From positions 25,917 to 89,916 of the forward strand of contig JAJYHK010000005.1 in assembly GCA_021784815.1 (NCBI GenBank): DNA of 64,000 nucleotides, in the 5' to 3' direction. Source of the DNA: a bacterium (GTDB lineage: Bacteria; Patescibacteriota; Minisyncoccia; Phycocordibacterales; Phycocordibacteraceae). Shown here piece by piece: positions 19,980 to 30,733 of the stretch (positions are counted from its first letter, which is position 1; the number at the start of each line of letters is the position of its first letter). The translations under genes and the position numbers were made by a program. A model generated the notes under the pieces. The model was not told where the DNA came from, searched no databases, and worked only from the letters and a program-made list of their open reading frames with translations.

Positions 19980-20435
19980 CTATGGGCAAGCCGTTGCCGC
20001 CGTAGGAGCGGTGCCAGCAGTACCTGTTTCTATCTTTGAGACGCCGGTGCTATCAACGCAGAAGTACTTACCGCTTTGAGCTTGCGACGGCGCCATAACT
20101 GCGTACGCCGAACCATTCGAATCGCATACGGGCGTCGAGCCATTACCCTGGATACCGGCGATGGCATTGGTGATGGTGGGGTCCGCAAACATAGTGGCCG
20201 TGGTATTACACGCCGATGCGGTGCCATACGAGCTGCCGTTGCTGTCGTAATAAATCTCCGCCTGAGTCTGGATCGTATTGAGGTCCGACTGGATGGCGGC
20301 GTCGTTGCCCTTCGAGCGAGCCGTCGTGAGCGATGCGAGCACCACGGCGGAGAGGATGCCGATGATGGCGATCACGACGAGCAATTCAATGAGGGTGAAG
20401 CCTCGGAAACGATTTTTATGCATAGGTAATTTCAT
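19980..20435 (-). CDS. pilA: Major type IV pilin
   Basis: GFTLIELLVVIAIIGILS, C-terminal FCVDS. Confidence 0.85.
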   Translation of the reverse strand: MKLPMHKNRFRGFTLIELLVVIAIIGILSAVVLASLTTARSKGNDAAIQSDLNTIQTQAEIYYDSNGSSYGTASACNTTATMFADPTITNAIAGIQGNGSTPVCDSNGSAYAVMAPSQAQSGKYFCVDSTGVSKIETGTAGTAPTAATACP

Positions 20436-20523
20436 TCCACTAATATCGCTAGTATACGGGGCTTTGGGCGCATTCCATGAGTTCCGAGGAGCGCCCTGTG
20501 GATATCTCCCCGCTCCGTTTCCG

Positions 20524-21729
20524 CTACATCGCGCCTGCGAGGTTGTAGATCGGGAGAAGGACGGCTGCCACGAGAATGCCGACCCCGAGACCGAGAAAGA
20601 CGATCATGGCCGGCTCAATGAGGCCGACGAGCGTATCGACGGCATTCACAACCTCGCGGGAGTAGAACTTGGCAAGCGTCGTGAGGATCTTCCCCAGTTC
20701 GCCCGTCTCTTCGCCGACGCGCACCATGGCGGACATGATGCCTGGAATTTCCGGGTGCCTGCTTAAGGCCGCAGAAATGGATGATCCGCCCTTCACCTGA
20801 CTCGCAACATCTTCGAGAATCTCTTGGTAGACCGCGTTGCCAACGACCGATGCGGTGATATCGAGCGCCTCGAGCACGGACACGCCCGAAATAAGCATGG
20901 TCGAAAAGTTGTCGGCAATGCGCGAAAGATAGAGCTTCTGGTAGAGGTCGCCCACGTAGGGCACGGTGAGCCGGAAGCTGTCCAGATAGAGCTTACCGCT
21001 CGAGGTCTTGCTCAACCGCCAGATATAAAAGCCAAGCGCGATGAGCCCGATGAGAATGAAGATTCCGTAGCTAGTGAGGAAGTTCGAGAAATCAATGATG
21101 ATTCTCGTGTAGACCGGCACCTTGGCTCCGCCCTGAATGAGCACCGCGCTAATCTTCGGGATCACGAGCGTGAGCATGAGCGTCATAACCGCGAAGAACA
21201 CGAACACGACGAATATCGGATAAATGAGCGCATTCCCCGCCTTACTCATGACCTCGTAGGACCGGTCGAGGTAGTCGGCGAGATAGCCGAAGGTCTCGGA
21301 GAGCTTTCCGGACTCTTCGCCGGCGCGCACCATGTTCACGTAAAAGGTTGAAAAGATGCGCGGGTGCTTCGCGAGCGCCTTGCTGATCGAGCTGCCGCCT
21401 TGAAGGTCATCAGCAACGGCCGTAAGCGCTTGCGCAAGCGGCTTGCTGTCAACCTCCGCCGCGAGCAAACGGAAAACTCGCAACGCCGAGACCTGCGCTT
21501 CAAACAGGGTCGCGATCTGCCGCGAGAGCATGACGATATCCTTGTTCGCAACCCGGTTGAAAAACGGAATGTCCATTTCGAGGAGCGACTTTTTCTCCGT
21601 TGATTCGATGGACGAGATGATGAGGCTGCGCTGCTGGAGCGCCGCGATAGCCGAATCGCGTGAGAGCGCGTCAATGGATCCGTCACGCTCGTGCCCGTCT
21701 TGATCGATGGCGTGGTAGTTAAACAGCAT
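20524..21729 (-). CDS. pilC: Type IV pilus platform protein (T2SS F family)
   Basis: Duplicated GEESG/GEETG repeats, IYP and IEP motifs. Confidence 0.92.
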   Translation of the reverse strand: MLFNYHAIDQDGHERDGSIDALSRDSAIAALQQRSLIISSIESTEKKSLLEMDIPFFNRVANKDIVMLSRQIATLFEAQVSALRVFRLLAAEVDSKPLAQALTAVADDLQGGSSISKALAKHPRIFSTFYVNMVRAGEESGKLSETFGYLADYLDRSYEVMSKAGNALIYPIFVVFVFFAVMTLMLTLVIPKISAVLIQGGAKVPVYTRIIIDFSNFLTSYGIFILIGLIALGFYIWRLSKTSSGKLYLDSFRLTVPYVGDLYQKLYLSRIADNFSTMLISGVSVLEALDITASVVGNAVYQEILEDVASQVKGGSSISAALSRHPEIPGIMSAMVRVGEETGELGKILTTLAKFYSREVVNAVDTLVGLIEPAMIVFLGLGVGILVAAVLLPIYNLAGAM

Positions 21730-21806
21730 AGGTGAGCTTCGTGCTTCGTGCTTCGCGCGCGGCATAATGCGGCATGCCGTATGGACGCCCTCCGCGCTCG
21801 GGACCG

Positions 21807-22868
21807 TTACACATAGTGTTCGAAGGTCTTCGGATCCATAGCATGCGCGTAGGCGTGTTCGACCGTGATCTCGCCCTTGCGCACAAGGTTCGCGAGCATG
21901 CGATCCATATCGATCATGCCCTCTCCGGAAGAGGTCTGGATCACCGCGCCGATCTCGTGCGTTTGTCCTTCGCGAATGAGGTTGGCGACAGCGTTGTTGT
22001 TAATGAGGAGCTCGTACGCCGGAATAAGGCCGCCCGACACGCGCGGAATGAGCCGCTGCGAAAAGACGCCCGCAAGACTACCCGCAAGCTGGACGCGCAC
22101 TTGGTCTTGCTGTTCGGCCGGGAACATGTCGATGATGCGGTCGATCGTCTGCGATGCGTTATTGGTGTGGAGCGTCGAGAGTACGAGGTGGCCGGTCTCG
22201 GCAGCCGTTACCGCGGAGGAAATGGTCTCGTGGTCGCGCATCTCGCCCACCATAATGACGTTCACGTCTTCGCGGAACGTAGCCTCGAGCGCGCTATGAA
22301 AATCGAGCGCATCAATGTGGATCTCGCGCTGCTGAATGAGCGATTTGCCCGGCGGGAAGAGGTACTCGACCGGATCTTCGATAGTAACGATGTGCTCGGC
22401 GCGGGTCTCGTTGATGCGGTTGACCATCGCAGCGAGCGTCGTGGACTTGCCCTGCCCGACGGGTCCCACGACGAGGAAAAATCCTTGCGGGCGGTTAAGG
22501 AACGTTTCAAGCACAAGCGGCAGGTTGAGCTCGGTAAAAGAAAATACCTTGTTTGGAATGAGGCGCAGCGCCACGGCGACAGTGCCCTGTGCATAGTAGC
22601 CGTTGATGCGGAAACGCGATCGAGCCGTATGCGCGTAGGAAAGGTCGACCGACTTGTTCTCAAGGAATTTGTTCCAGCGTTCGGGCGGGACGATCGCTTT
22701 AAGGAGGGACTCGGTCTCGGCTGGTGTAAAAGGCGGCCGATTCGTCACGGGCACGAGCTCGCCGGAAAGCCGGATGACCGGGGGGCTGCCGGCAAAAATG
22801 TGCAGGTCGGACGCGTTCTGGGAAACAACCAGATCGAGAAGTTCCGTGAGTCGAGCGGGTGCAGCCAT
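21807..22868 (-). CDS. pilT: Pilus retraction ATPase
   Basis: GPVGQGKSTT, TIEDPVE, AETGHLV, ANLIRE. Confidence 0.92.
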   Translation of the reverse strand: MAAPARLTELLDLVVSQNASDLHIFAGSPPVIRLSGELVPVTNRPPFTPAETESLLKAIVPPERWNKFLENKSVDLSYAHTARSRFRINGYYAQGTVAVALRLIPNKVFSFTELNLPLVLETFLNRPQGFFLVVGPVGQGKSTTLAAMVNRINETRAEHIVTIEDPVEYLFPPGKSLIQQREIHIDALDFHSALEATFREDVNVIMVGEMRDHETISSAVTAAETGHLVLSTLHTNNASQTIDRIIDMFPAEQQDQVRVQLAGSLAGVFSQRLIPRVSGGLIPAYELLINNNAVANLIREGQTHEIGAVIQTSSGEGMIDMDRMLANLVRKGEITVEHAYAHAMDPKTFEHYV

Positions 22869-22876
22869 AGTCGAGG

Positions 22877-23278
22877 TTATGGAGCGAGTGCGCCCTGAGT
22901 GCCCGTACTCAGAATACGCCCGACCTCCGCGAGTACTTCCGACGGAATAGCAGATGCCTTGATTATGTACCCGTCAGCGTGCAATTCGCGCGCTTTTTCA
23001 AGATCGGTCTCCTGCCCCTGGTTCGAGAGGAAGATGATTTTCGCGCCCGGCACGAGCCGCTCTTTGCGCAGTGCTGCAACCGTCTCGAATCCATCGAGGC
23101 CCGGCATGATGATGTCGAGGAGAATGGCATCGAGCGGATGCGGATCCTGCCGGAGCGCGCTCAAGAGCGCCTCTCCGCCCTGCGCCGTTTCAACCTCATA
23201 TCCGGCATTGCGGAACTTCGTCGCATAGAGCCCGAGCAGAAACTTGTCGTCATCTACGAGGTAAATGCGTTGCGCCAT
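22877..23278 (-). CDS. Single-domain response regulator
   Basis: LVDDD, LLDIIMP, K motif. Confidence 0.9.
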   Translation of the reverse strand: MAQRIYLVDDDKFLLGLYATKFRNAGYEVETAQGGEALLSALRQDPHPLDAILLDIIMPGLDGFETVAALRKERLVPGAKIIFLSNQGQETDLEKARELHADGYIIKASAIPSEVLAEVGRILSTGTQGALAP

Positions 23279-23293
23279 AACGACTCCAGTATA

Positions 23294-25081
23294 CTACGCG
23301 GCCGGCTCTACCGGCACATCACCGTCGGGGACAAGTTCCCCGCCGAGCGAATTGATTTCCTCGAACGGAACCTGCTCGTTGAGCGCTTTTACAATCGCAT
23401 CCTCGCGCATGGTGAGCATGCCCGCGCGGCGCGCGGCCGCATAAACGCGTTCTTCGACCGGCTCCTTGAGCACTACCTGTTCAAGGTCTTTAGACATGTG
23501 TAGCAACTCGAAAATGCCCGTACGGCCGCGCGTGCCGTCGGGACAGTCTGCAGTCTGGCTTGCCCGATAAAATTGGACAAACGGCGGCAGCGCGGCGCGA
23601 TATTGATCCGGAAGATCGGCGAACTCCCGCTCGAGAAACTCCTGCATGCTCGGCGTCACGAGGAACGGCTTACCCGCGCCCTCGCAGAGCTTGCGTACGA
23701 GGCGCTGACCGATTACCCCCACCAAAGTCGGCGCGATGAGAAATGGATCCACGCCCATATCGATGAGGCGCGGAATCGCGCCCGCTGCCGTGTTGGTGTG
23801 GATGGTTGAAAATACGAGATGGCCGGTGAGCGCCGCCTGTACGGCGAGTCCTGCCGTCTCTTTATCGCGGATCTCGCCGACCATGATCACGTCTGGGTCC
23901 TGGCGCAGGATGGAGCGCAGCCCGCTCGCGAACGTGTACCCGATTTCCGGGCGAACCTGGCTCTGGGCGACGCCGGGTACCTCGTACTCGACGGGATCCT
24001 CGAGCGAAACGACGTTTTGTGTTTCGCGATCGAGCTCGGAGAGCATCGCAAAGAGCGTCGTTGACTTTCCGGAACCGGTCGGTCCCGCGATGAGGATGAT
24101 GCCGTACGGAGCCTGCATCATGTCGCGCACTGCTTTGAGCTGCTCGGTATTGAACCCGATCGATTCGAGTGTTGCCGTCGCGTTCGACTGGTCGAGGATA
24201 CGCATCACGACCTTCTCGCCGAATTCGGTGGGGAAGGTCGACACACGGAAATCGACGCGCCGCTGTTCAACATTCGCGGAAAAACGACCGTCCTGGGGCT
24301 TGCGCCGCTCGTCGAGCCGAAGTTTCGCGAGAATCTTGATACGCGCAACAATGGCGTCGTGCATGCGGATGGGCAGCTCGAGCGACGTGTGGAGCTTGCC
24401 ATCGACGCGGAATCGGATACGCGTCTTCCGAGGCGAGGGCTCAATGTGTACGTCAGAGGCGCGTCCCTCGATCGCGTACCGCAGCACGGTAGAGACAATC
24501 TTGGTGACCGGGGCGTCTTCCTTGAGTGTCCCGGAAGGTCCGGAGAGGTCGAGCGGACCCGCTTCAGCCGCCGTTTCGGCGGGGGCCGCGTTTTTTGGCG
24601 CGTTTTCCGGCGCAACGGTCGTTGTCTCGTATTCAGAAACGGCTTTACCGACCTCGCCGGTCAAGTTCTGGTACGCCGAGAGTACGCGCTCAAAGTCCTC
24701 TCGAGAAATGAGCACGAGTTTAAAGGGTTTCCCAATCCGCCCCGAAATGAACTGGAGCGCGTCAATCGCTTCGATATTGTCTGGATCAATGGTGCCTACG
24801 ACGAGCGCGCCATCTTCGATCGCGAGCGGCGCGATGCCGTAGTGGCGCGCCGAATCGAGAGGAATGTATCCGAGTACGTCGTCCGACACCGCTGGCTCGC
24901 CGAGGACTCGAGCGGGCAGCTCATACGCCTCTCCTGCCGCTTCAAGCGCCGCCTGTACACTCAGTCCGTGCTCCCCGAGTACCTCTGAGAGCGGACGCTT
25001 TTGAGCGAGTTCATTCGCGATTGCGGCACGATCCGTGTCCGTAATGAGTCCTTTCTCGAGCAGGATATCCGTGAGATTCAT
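23294..25081 (-). CDS. pilB: Pilus assembly ATPase (GspE/PilB)
   Basis: GPTGSGKSTT, LRQDPD, GEIRD, TGHLVFSTIH. Confidence 0.93.
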   Translation of the reverse strand: MNLTDILLEKGLITDTDRAAIANELAQKRPLSEVLGEHGLSVQAALEAAGEAYELPARVLGEPAVSDDVLGYIPLDSARHYGIAPLAIEDGALVVGTIDPDNIEAIDALQFISGRIGKPFKLVLISREDFERVLSAYQNLTGEVGKAVSEYETTTVAPENAPKNAAPAETAAEAGPLDLSGPSGTLKEDAPVTKIVSTVLRYAIEGRASDVHIEPSPRKTRIRFRVDGKLHTSLELPIRMHDAIVARIKILAKLRLDERRKPQDGRFSANVEQRRVDFRVSTFPTEFGEKVVMRILDQSNATATLESIGFNTEQLKAVRDMMQAPYGIILIAGPTGSGKSTTLFAMLSELDRETQNVVSLEDPVEYEVPGVAQSQVRPEIGYTFASGLRSILRQDPDVIMVGEIRDKETAGLAVQAALTGHLVFSTIHTNTAAGAIPRLIDMGVDPFLIAPTLVGVIGQRLVRKLCEGAGKPFLVTPSMQEFLEREFADLPDQYRAALPPFVQFYRASQTADCPDGTRGRTGIFELLHMSKDLEQVVLKEPVEERVYAAARRAGMLTMREDAIVKALNEQVPFEEINSLGGELVPDGDVPVEPAA

Positions 25082-25087
25082 GCGGCT

Positions 25088-25405
25088 TTAGCCCCCGCTG
25101 TTTGGAAGGCTTGAGATAGGCGCAAAAGGATCATTGCGGCCGGCTTGTTCAGGAGTAATCGATGCCGTGAAGCTCACAAGCGCTCTAAACCGCGGGTCGG
25201 AGAAAATAGAGGTATCAAACGTAATGGGTCCGAGCTCGTTTGCGAGCGCCTGGAATTGCGCCTGCGCCGCCGTACTCGTCGCGGTATTCGTAAGGGCTGG
25301 CTGATTGCCCGTACCCGTGAAGAAAAACCAGTACGCCGCGCCAGCAGCCACGAGCGCGCCAAGGATGATAAGCGTATTGGTCGAATTCGCTTTGTTCGTT
25401 TGCAT
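25088..25405 (-). CDS. Small pilus accessory protein (PilP-like position)
   Basis: N-terminal TM, GRNDPF motif, operon position. Confidence 0.65.
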   Translation of the reverse strand: MQTNKANSTNTLIILGALVAAGAAYWFFFTGTGNQPALTNTATSTAAQAQFQALANELGPITFDTSIFSDPRFRALVSFTASITPEQAGRNDPFAPISSLPNSGG

Positions 25406-25408
25406 AGG

Positions 25409-25996
25409 TCAGCGTAGCCAGTAGAGGCGCACGTGCATCTGGTAAGCGTACACGCCCGTGTTCGAGCCGCTCACCGAGAGGCTCTCGACGTCAAGGAGGC
25501 GCTGATTTAGTTCGAGCCCTGCAAGAAATTTCTGGAGTGCTGCGTACGTCCCCGAAGCCTCAAGAGTGAGGTCGACCGACTCCACGGCATTCGCGACGCC
25601 GGAGCCGAGGGCACCCGCCGCGGGTCCTGAAGAAGCTCCCGCATTCCCTGCGATATTTGAACCCCCTGCACCTTGTGCCACGTTCGCACTCGTAAGTGAG
25701 AGCCCTGAGCGCGCGGCGATCGCATTGAGATCGAGGATGGTTTGCACGTTATTCACCGAGTTGGGAAGGAGGTTCCCGATCGCCTGGAGGTCAGCCGGCG
25801 ATATCGCGTTGCGTTCGGACGCGAGCTGGCTTTGCTCCGCCACGTACTGCTTCGCTGATGCAAGCACCGAGCCATCGCCCGCAATAGCGGCTTTCGTTGC
25901 GGCAATACTTCCGTTCCAGGTCGGGCTTATGTAACCGAAAAACAGAGCCGCCGAGAGCAGGAGCGCGACCGTGGGCATCAAGTGGTGCTGGGTCAT
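25409..25996 (-). CDS. PilO-like protein
   Basis: TM, GTYAALQKFL..LE...RLLDV. Confidence 0.78.
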   Translation of the reverse strand: MTQHHLMPTVALLLSAALFFGYISPTWNGSIAATKAAIAGDGSVLASAKQYVAEQSQLASERNAISPADLQAIGNLLPNSVNNVQTILDLNAIAARSGLSLTSANVAQGAGGSNIAGNAGASSGPAAGALGSGVANAVESVDLTLEASGTYAALQKFLAGLELNQRLLDVESLSVSGSNTGVYAYQMHVRLYWLR

Positions 25997-26646
25997 GGCC
26001 GTGTTGAGGTGGCGCTCAGGATGCCAGCCGACGCCGCTGCGTTTTGATTCCCGCTTGCCTCTGCCGCTGAGAATGCAACCAGACTTGGGTCGATGAGCGC
26101 ATTGAGCGAGAATGTCACCGAATTATCCTTCTGATTTACCTTGATGTTCGAGACGATGACATTCTTGAACTTACCGCCGGCACCGAGGTCATTCGAGAAC
26201 TGTGCAAGAGCGTTAAGGCTCGCCGCAACGCCAGCCGATTGCATGGCAAAAGCCGTGTCCTGGGTATCCGCAGTGAGCGACACCGAAGTAAGCTGCACGG
26301 TCGAAGGGATGACCGTACTGAGCGCCGAGAGCACGTTTGAGAGCGCGACATGGTTATTGAGTAGCTCTCCGCCGAGCTTAAGGCGGTTCTCAAGACGTAC
26401 AAAACTGTTCACGGTCTGCGGGTCAAGCTGCGCTTCTGCTTTTGCAAGCGCGGCATCATCCGCGTTTTTCTGCGCTACCAAGATGCGTCCATAAATGAAG
26501 ACGCCGATCACCAAGATGACCATGATAGAGAAAATGCCGTACGCGAGGAAACCGAACGCCCCGCCAAGATCGGCGCGCCGATACTTGCGCGTGCTCGAAC
26601 CGGGATACGGTACAAAGGATGAAGGAACGGTGGGCGGCATTGCCAT
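25993..26646 (-). CDS. PilN-like protein
   Basis: TM plus periplasmic domain, located between pilM and pilO. Confidence 0.72.
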   Translation of the reverse strand: MAMPPTVPSSFVPYPGSSTRKYRRADLGGAFGFLAYGIFSIMVILVIGVFIYGRILVAQKNADDAALAKAEAQLDPQTVNSFVRLENRLKLGGELLNNHVALSNVLSALSTVIPSTVQLTSVSLTADTQDTAFAMQSAGVAASLNALAQFSNDLGAGGKFKNVIVSNIKVNQKDNSVTFSLNALIDPSLVAFSAAEASGNQNAAASAGILSATSTRP

Positions 26647-26712
26647 CGTGTCTAAGTATACGATGGAGGCCCGCCAAATGAAGAGTGGCCCTGTGTAAAA
26701 CCACCGCCGCGC

Positions 26713-27783
26713 CTACTGCTCGTTGAGCTGGCGCAGCGCAAGACCGACTGCAACGGCGAATTCCGGACCAATGCGTTCGAGCACAGGACGCATAAAGGCA
26801 GGCGCCTCAGTCTTCACAAACGGATCTGCCACCCGTACGCCGATGGAGAAAAAGCTCTTCGCATAAGTGCCGAGATCTTTCGTGACCCCGCCGCCGCCGG
26901 TAAGGACGATGGAATCGATTGTTTTCTTGTGCATCGTCTCGAATTGCTCGAGCACGCGGCGCGCCTCGGAGAACACTCGTGAGAAGACGGTCTCGGGCGC
27001 ATCATACGTATCCTGGGCGACGCCGATTTCCTTTTTGAGCGCTTCAGCGCGGCTCAAGGTCAGGTTGTTCCCCACAGCGAGCGCCCGCGTTACATTCTGG
27101 CTGCCCGTGCTAATCGCGTGCGAGAATGCGATCGCGCCTCGTTCGACGACGTAGGCCTTGGTCGATGCGGCGCCAATATCGAGCACCATAACCGGCTTTA
27201 CCGGTTCGTCAACGACCGCGCGAATAGTGCTGAAGATCTCGATCTCATAAAAACCGACATCGAGGTTCGCGCCTTGTGCCGTCTCCTGAAGAAGCGTGAG
27301 CTCATCGTTATGCACCGCGACGAGGAGGACCTGCACGGTTGTCGGTTTTTCGTTATGAGACTGCAATTTCGATCCCGGGACGATGAACCAATCGAGTCGC
27401 ACTTCGTTAATCGGCACCGGAACATACTTGCGCGCCTCAAGCTCAATGACCGTCTTTTGTTCGGCGGCCGACTCGCGGTAGGGCAACTCGACCATCGTGA
27501 GCAGCGAGCGTGCGAAGGGTATCGAGACGCCGCAACGATTCGTCGTGACCTTCGTTTCGCGCAAAAGATCACGCAAGGTCTCCGAGATTTTATCCGCTGG
27601 CAAATCGGTCGCCTGCCCCACCTCCGCGCCCGCATAGGGTCCGAGCGAAAGCTCGCCGTACGTTTCGAGCACTGCGGCGCCGCGCTCGCGCTTCAGCTGC
27701 ACGACCTTGAGCGAAGACGAGCCGATATCGACGCCGAGCACACTTCTTTCCGCAGGCGCGAAGAGTTTGCTCAGGAATGACAT
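26713..27783 (-). CDS. pilM: Type IV pilus assembly protein PilM
   Basis: GVDIGSSSLK, DIGA, LTGGG, AVGLAL actin-like motifs. Confidence 0.92.
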   Translation of the reverse strand: MSFLSKLFAPAERSVLGVDIGSSSLKVVQLKRERGAAVLETYGELSLGPYAGAEVGQATDLPADKISETLRDLLRETKVTTNRCGVSIPFARSLLTMVELPYRESAAEQKTVIELEARKYVPVPINEVRLDWFIVPGSKLQSHNEKPTTVQVLLVAVHNDELTLLQETAQGANLDVGFYEIEIFSTIRAVVDEPVKPVMVLDIGAASTKAYVVERGAIAFSHAISTGSQNVTRALAVGNNLTLSRAEALKKEIGVAQDTYDAPETVFSRVFSEARRVLEQFETMHKKTIDSIVLTGGGGVTKDLGTYAKSFFSIGVRVADPFVKTEAPAFMRPVLERIGPEFAVAVGLALRQLNEQ

Positions 27784-27800
27784 GGCATGATGATACCACG

Positions 27801-28415
27801 ATGCGCCTGCTCGACTTCCTTTTTCCGCCTCGAGAGGACGAACGCTTGCTGCGCGACACGGACGAACCGACCTTTTGCGCTCTCGTCGAACCTCATGCGG
27901 CGTGCCAAACGGACCCGGCGGCGATCATACTCCTCCCCTTCCATGAGCGGATGGTTCGCGCCGCGATACACGAGGCAAAGTACCATGGCTCGCGACACGC
28001 ATTCGCCCTGCTCGCTGCCGCGCTATGCGACTATCTCCGCACGAGCGCGGTACCCGGAAAAACTACGGTCATTATTCCGGTCCCGCTCGGCCGGAAGCGG
28101 CTACGAGACCGCGGGTTTAACCAAGCAGAGCGCGTCGCCCGCCTCGCCGCGACAAGCGCGACCATCCGCGTACACACAACGCTGCTCGTGCGCGTGCGCG
28201 AGACCACGTCGCAGGTTTCACTTCCCCGGCACGAGCGGCACGAGAACATGCGCGGCGCCTTCGGCGCCGCGCATGTTCTCTCTCCCGAGGAACAACGCCT
28301 CCATTACATTGTGCTCGACGACGTCCTCACGACGGGCGCTACCCTCCAAGCCGCGATTGACGCGCTCAAAGATGCCGGCGCCCAGCATGTTTGCGCTCTC
28401 GCGCTGGCTCACTAA
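27801..28415 (+). CDS. comF: ComF-family competence phosphoribosyltransferase
   Basis: PVPL, RGFNQA, LDDVLTTGATL. Confidence 0.9.
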   Translation: MRLLDFLFPPREDERLLRDTDEPTFCALVEPHAACQTDPAAIILLPFHERMVRAAIHEAKYHGSRHAFALLAAALCDYLRTSAVPGKTTVIIPVPLGRKRLRDRGFNQAERVARLAATSATIRVHTTLLVRVRETTSQVSLPRHERHENMRGAFGAAHVLSPEEQRLHYIVLDDVLTTGATLQAAIDALKDAGAQHVCALALAH

Positions 28416-28442
28416 ATTTGATACAGTCGGTACATAAACGAA

Positions 28443-28531
28443 GGAGGGGTCGCATAGTGGCCTAGTGCGGCGGTTTGCTAAATCGCTATACGGGTAAAAC
28501 CGTATCGAGGGTTCGAATCCCTCCCCCTCCG
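28443..28531 (+). tRNA. tRNA-Ser(GCT)
   Basis: GGAGGGG/CCCCTCC acceptor, GCGGT-TTGCTAA-ATCGC, long variable arm, GTTCGAATC. Confidence 0.95.
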
Positions 28532-28556
28532 CCCGAATTCCCCTTGTGTTTTCTTA

Positions 28557-28900
28557 TTATTTTTCGTACTGCGTTTGAACGGTTCCCCACGGGTTCTCCA
28601 AAACCACTGAACCACCATTACTCGGAGCTAGAGTGTTCACCGCCGCCCGGAGATTCCCAGGCGCTACGTGCGAGTACCGCATCGTCATGGTGATGGTCGA
28701 GTGCCCGAGTAATTCCTGTACAACGCGGATCGGAATGCCATTGACCGCGAGATGCGAAGCAAACGTATGTCGCAGTGTATGCCATCCGAAACGCCTCAGC
28801 CCTGCCTTTTTCTGAGCGCGGTGGAGGCGCTGAAGCAGTAGATTCCCCGTAAAGGGACGCTGCTGTTCGTTTTTGAACACATACCCCAGTTGGGAAATGA
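28557..28900 (-). pseudogene. Tyrosine integrase C-terminal remnant next to tRNA-Ser
   Basis: HTLRHTFASHL, VQELLGH, MRY. N-terminus missing. Confidence 0.85.
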
Positions 28901-29135
28901 AGTCATCGGCTCGCCCGCTATGCGGGCTCGCCAGCCGTTTTTCGCCGAAAATTCAAGCCGTTTTGAATTCAGAATAAACCTTCCACACCATCGATCCACT
29001 AAGCGGTGCGCGTCAACTTTCCGGGGTAGTGCTACTGAACGACATGAGCATAGAGTTTGGTAAGTGGTACATCGAGATACGACGGCCCTAAACCAAGCTC
29101 AAGTGACTTGAGGCGTGACCCTTAGGGGTTGCGCC

Positions 29136-29816
29136 TCACTGCTTTATATAGGAAATACTTTTAGAAAAAAGAATCTCGCCCTCTTGCGTTGTCTTTGGCG
29201 AATGCCCCATACCCATAACCCGCTCAAGCTCAGCGTATTTGAGAGATGCCTGGAGCATTTGCATATTCTCAAAAGGAATGGCCGCGTCTTCCGTCCCATG
29301 AATGAGTAGCACATGCGAGTCAAGTTCAGCCAGCGCTGCGGTGCTGATTGAAAGATCCCCAAGTGAGTCGATCTTAGAAAAGGGCGTCTCCCAAAGCGCG
29401 TCGACAGTGCCTCCAGCCGCTACGTTTGCTGCAGGTGCCCAAAGCACCATCCGGTTGAAATCCTTGAAGCCGCCGTACAGCAGTAGCGCACCACCCAAGC
29501 TTTTGCCAATCGCTGAGAGATCGGTGTAGCCCTCGGTACGAAGAAATGCAACGCAAGCGAGAAGGTCGTCGTGAATGCCTTTGAGCGATTTCGTGAGCAG
29601 ATCTTGCGAATCCTTCCAACCCTGGCTACGCATGAGAGCAAATCCTTCGGCCGTCGCTAACTCGGCTAGCCGTATGTATCGTTCTCCCAACGCCTCTCCG
29701 CTCATGCCGGGTACAAACAGGATCGCCCGGTTAGTCTTCGATTCCGGTAGATCGAGCACGTATTCGGTCTGGGTTCCAGGTATCTGCACGACGTTATGGT
29801 CAGTATAGCTGATCAT
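29136..29816 (-). CDS. Alpha/beta hydrolase
   Basis: GKSLGG nucleophile, HGTED, C-terminal GH. Confidence 0.85.
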   Translation of the reverse strand: MISYTDHNVVQIPGTQTEYVLDLPESKTNRAILFVPGMSGEALGERYIRLAELATAEGFALMRSQGWKDSQDLLTKSLKGIHDDLLACVAFLRTEGYTDLSAIGKSLGGALLLYGGFKDFNRMVLWAPAANVAAGGTVDALWETPFSKIDSLGDLSISTAALAELDSHVLLIHGTEDAAIPFENMQMLQASLKYAELERVMGMGHSPKTTQEGEILFSKSISYIKQ

Positions 29817-30204
29817 AACGTCGCTTAGTTTTGTGCCTCTCTGTTTCGCGAGCACAAGCGACATGCAAACAAGTGCCGTGGCGGCAGGCCGCTTACTGTC
29901 CGACAAACCCAAACCCCAAAGATCGTCGCTTCTCCAATACGAAAGCCGCCGCAACACGGCGTCTCTCGAACACCTGTCACTTTCCCTGTACTGCTCTCCT
30001 CTCCTAGAGTCGAGAGAGAAATGGCGTACTCGCTGATCCCTCCACCTCCGCACTGCGACTGCAAAAAGAAAAGCTGATACTTGGGCGGTAGGTTGCCCAA
30101 GTATCAGCCAAAGTGGAAGTCGGCAGCAAGCGCCTCAGCAAGCACACACGAGTCGATCCGAACGTTGACGGCCGCGAGCGGAGTACGTGTCACAGACGTC
30201 TCCC

Positions 30205-30534
30205 TCAACCCTTGGTGAACGACAGGTGCATCCCGGCATCGCGTACCGCTTTTGCGAGCGCGAGCTTTGCCTCCTGATGATCAGAAGCATAGACCCGTAC
30301 CTCTTGGTGCGAGGTATTGTCTCTGATGGCGAGAAGAATCGCGGCGCCATCACTCGTGATTTTGACCCGCCGCTGCCCGCTTGCCGGCGGAAGCCCCGCC
30401 TTGATATATCCCGGCGAGATCTTTGTCACATGAGGGCAGCGAGCGGCCGCATCGCAAATGGTCAAGGCGGCAGGAATGAGGGTCGTGTGGCTACCGCCAT
30501 ACTTACCACCCGACCTTGCGTGTTTGTTGGACAT
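30205..30534 (-). CDS. DUF2103-like small basic protein
   Basis: KYGGSHTTLI, KISPGYI, QEVRVY. Confidence 0.6.
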   Translation of the reverse strand: MSNKHARSGGKYGGSHTTLIPAALTICDAAARCPHVTKISPGYIKAGLPPASGQRRVKITSDGAAILLAIRDNTSHQEVRVYASDHQEAKLALAKAVRDAGMHLSFTKG

Positions 30535-30733
30535 GATCCATTCCTCCTTCCAGAAAGGAAGGTGCCACACCTTATAATTTATGTCAAATTTCTCCCTCCG
30601 CAGCGGCAGTTGCCACGGCGACCCGCTATCTGCAGGTATGTGGGATCAGGCATTATCGACATTGCAAATTGACCATGGATTCCCTACAGTCTCAAAGGAC
30701 TGCACCGGCAATCTGAAAGGAGACCTCGCCGTC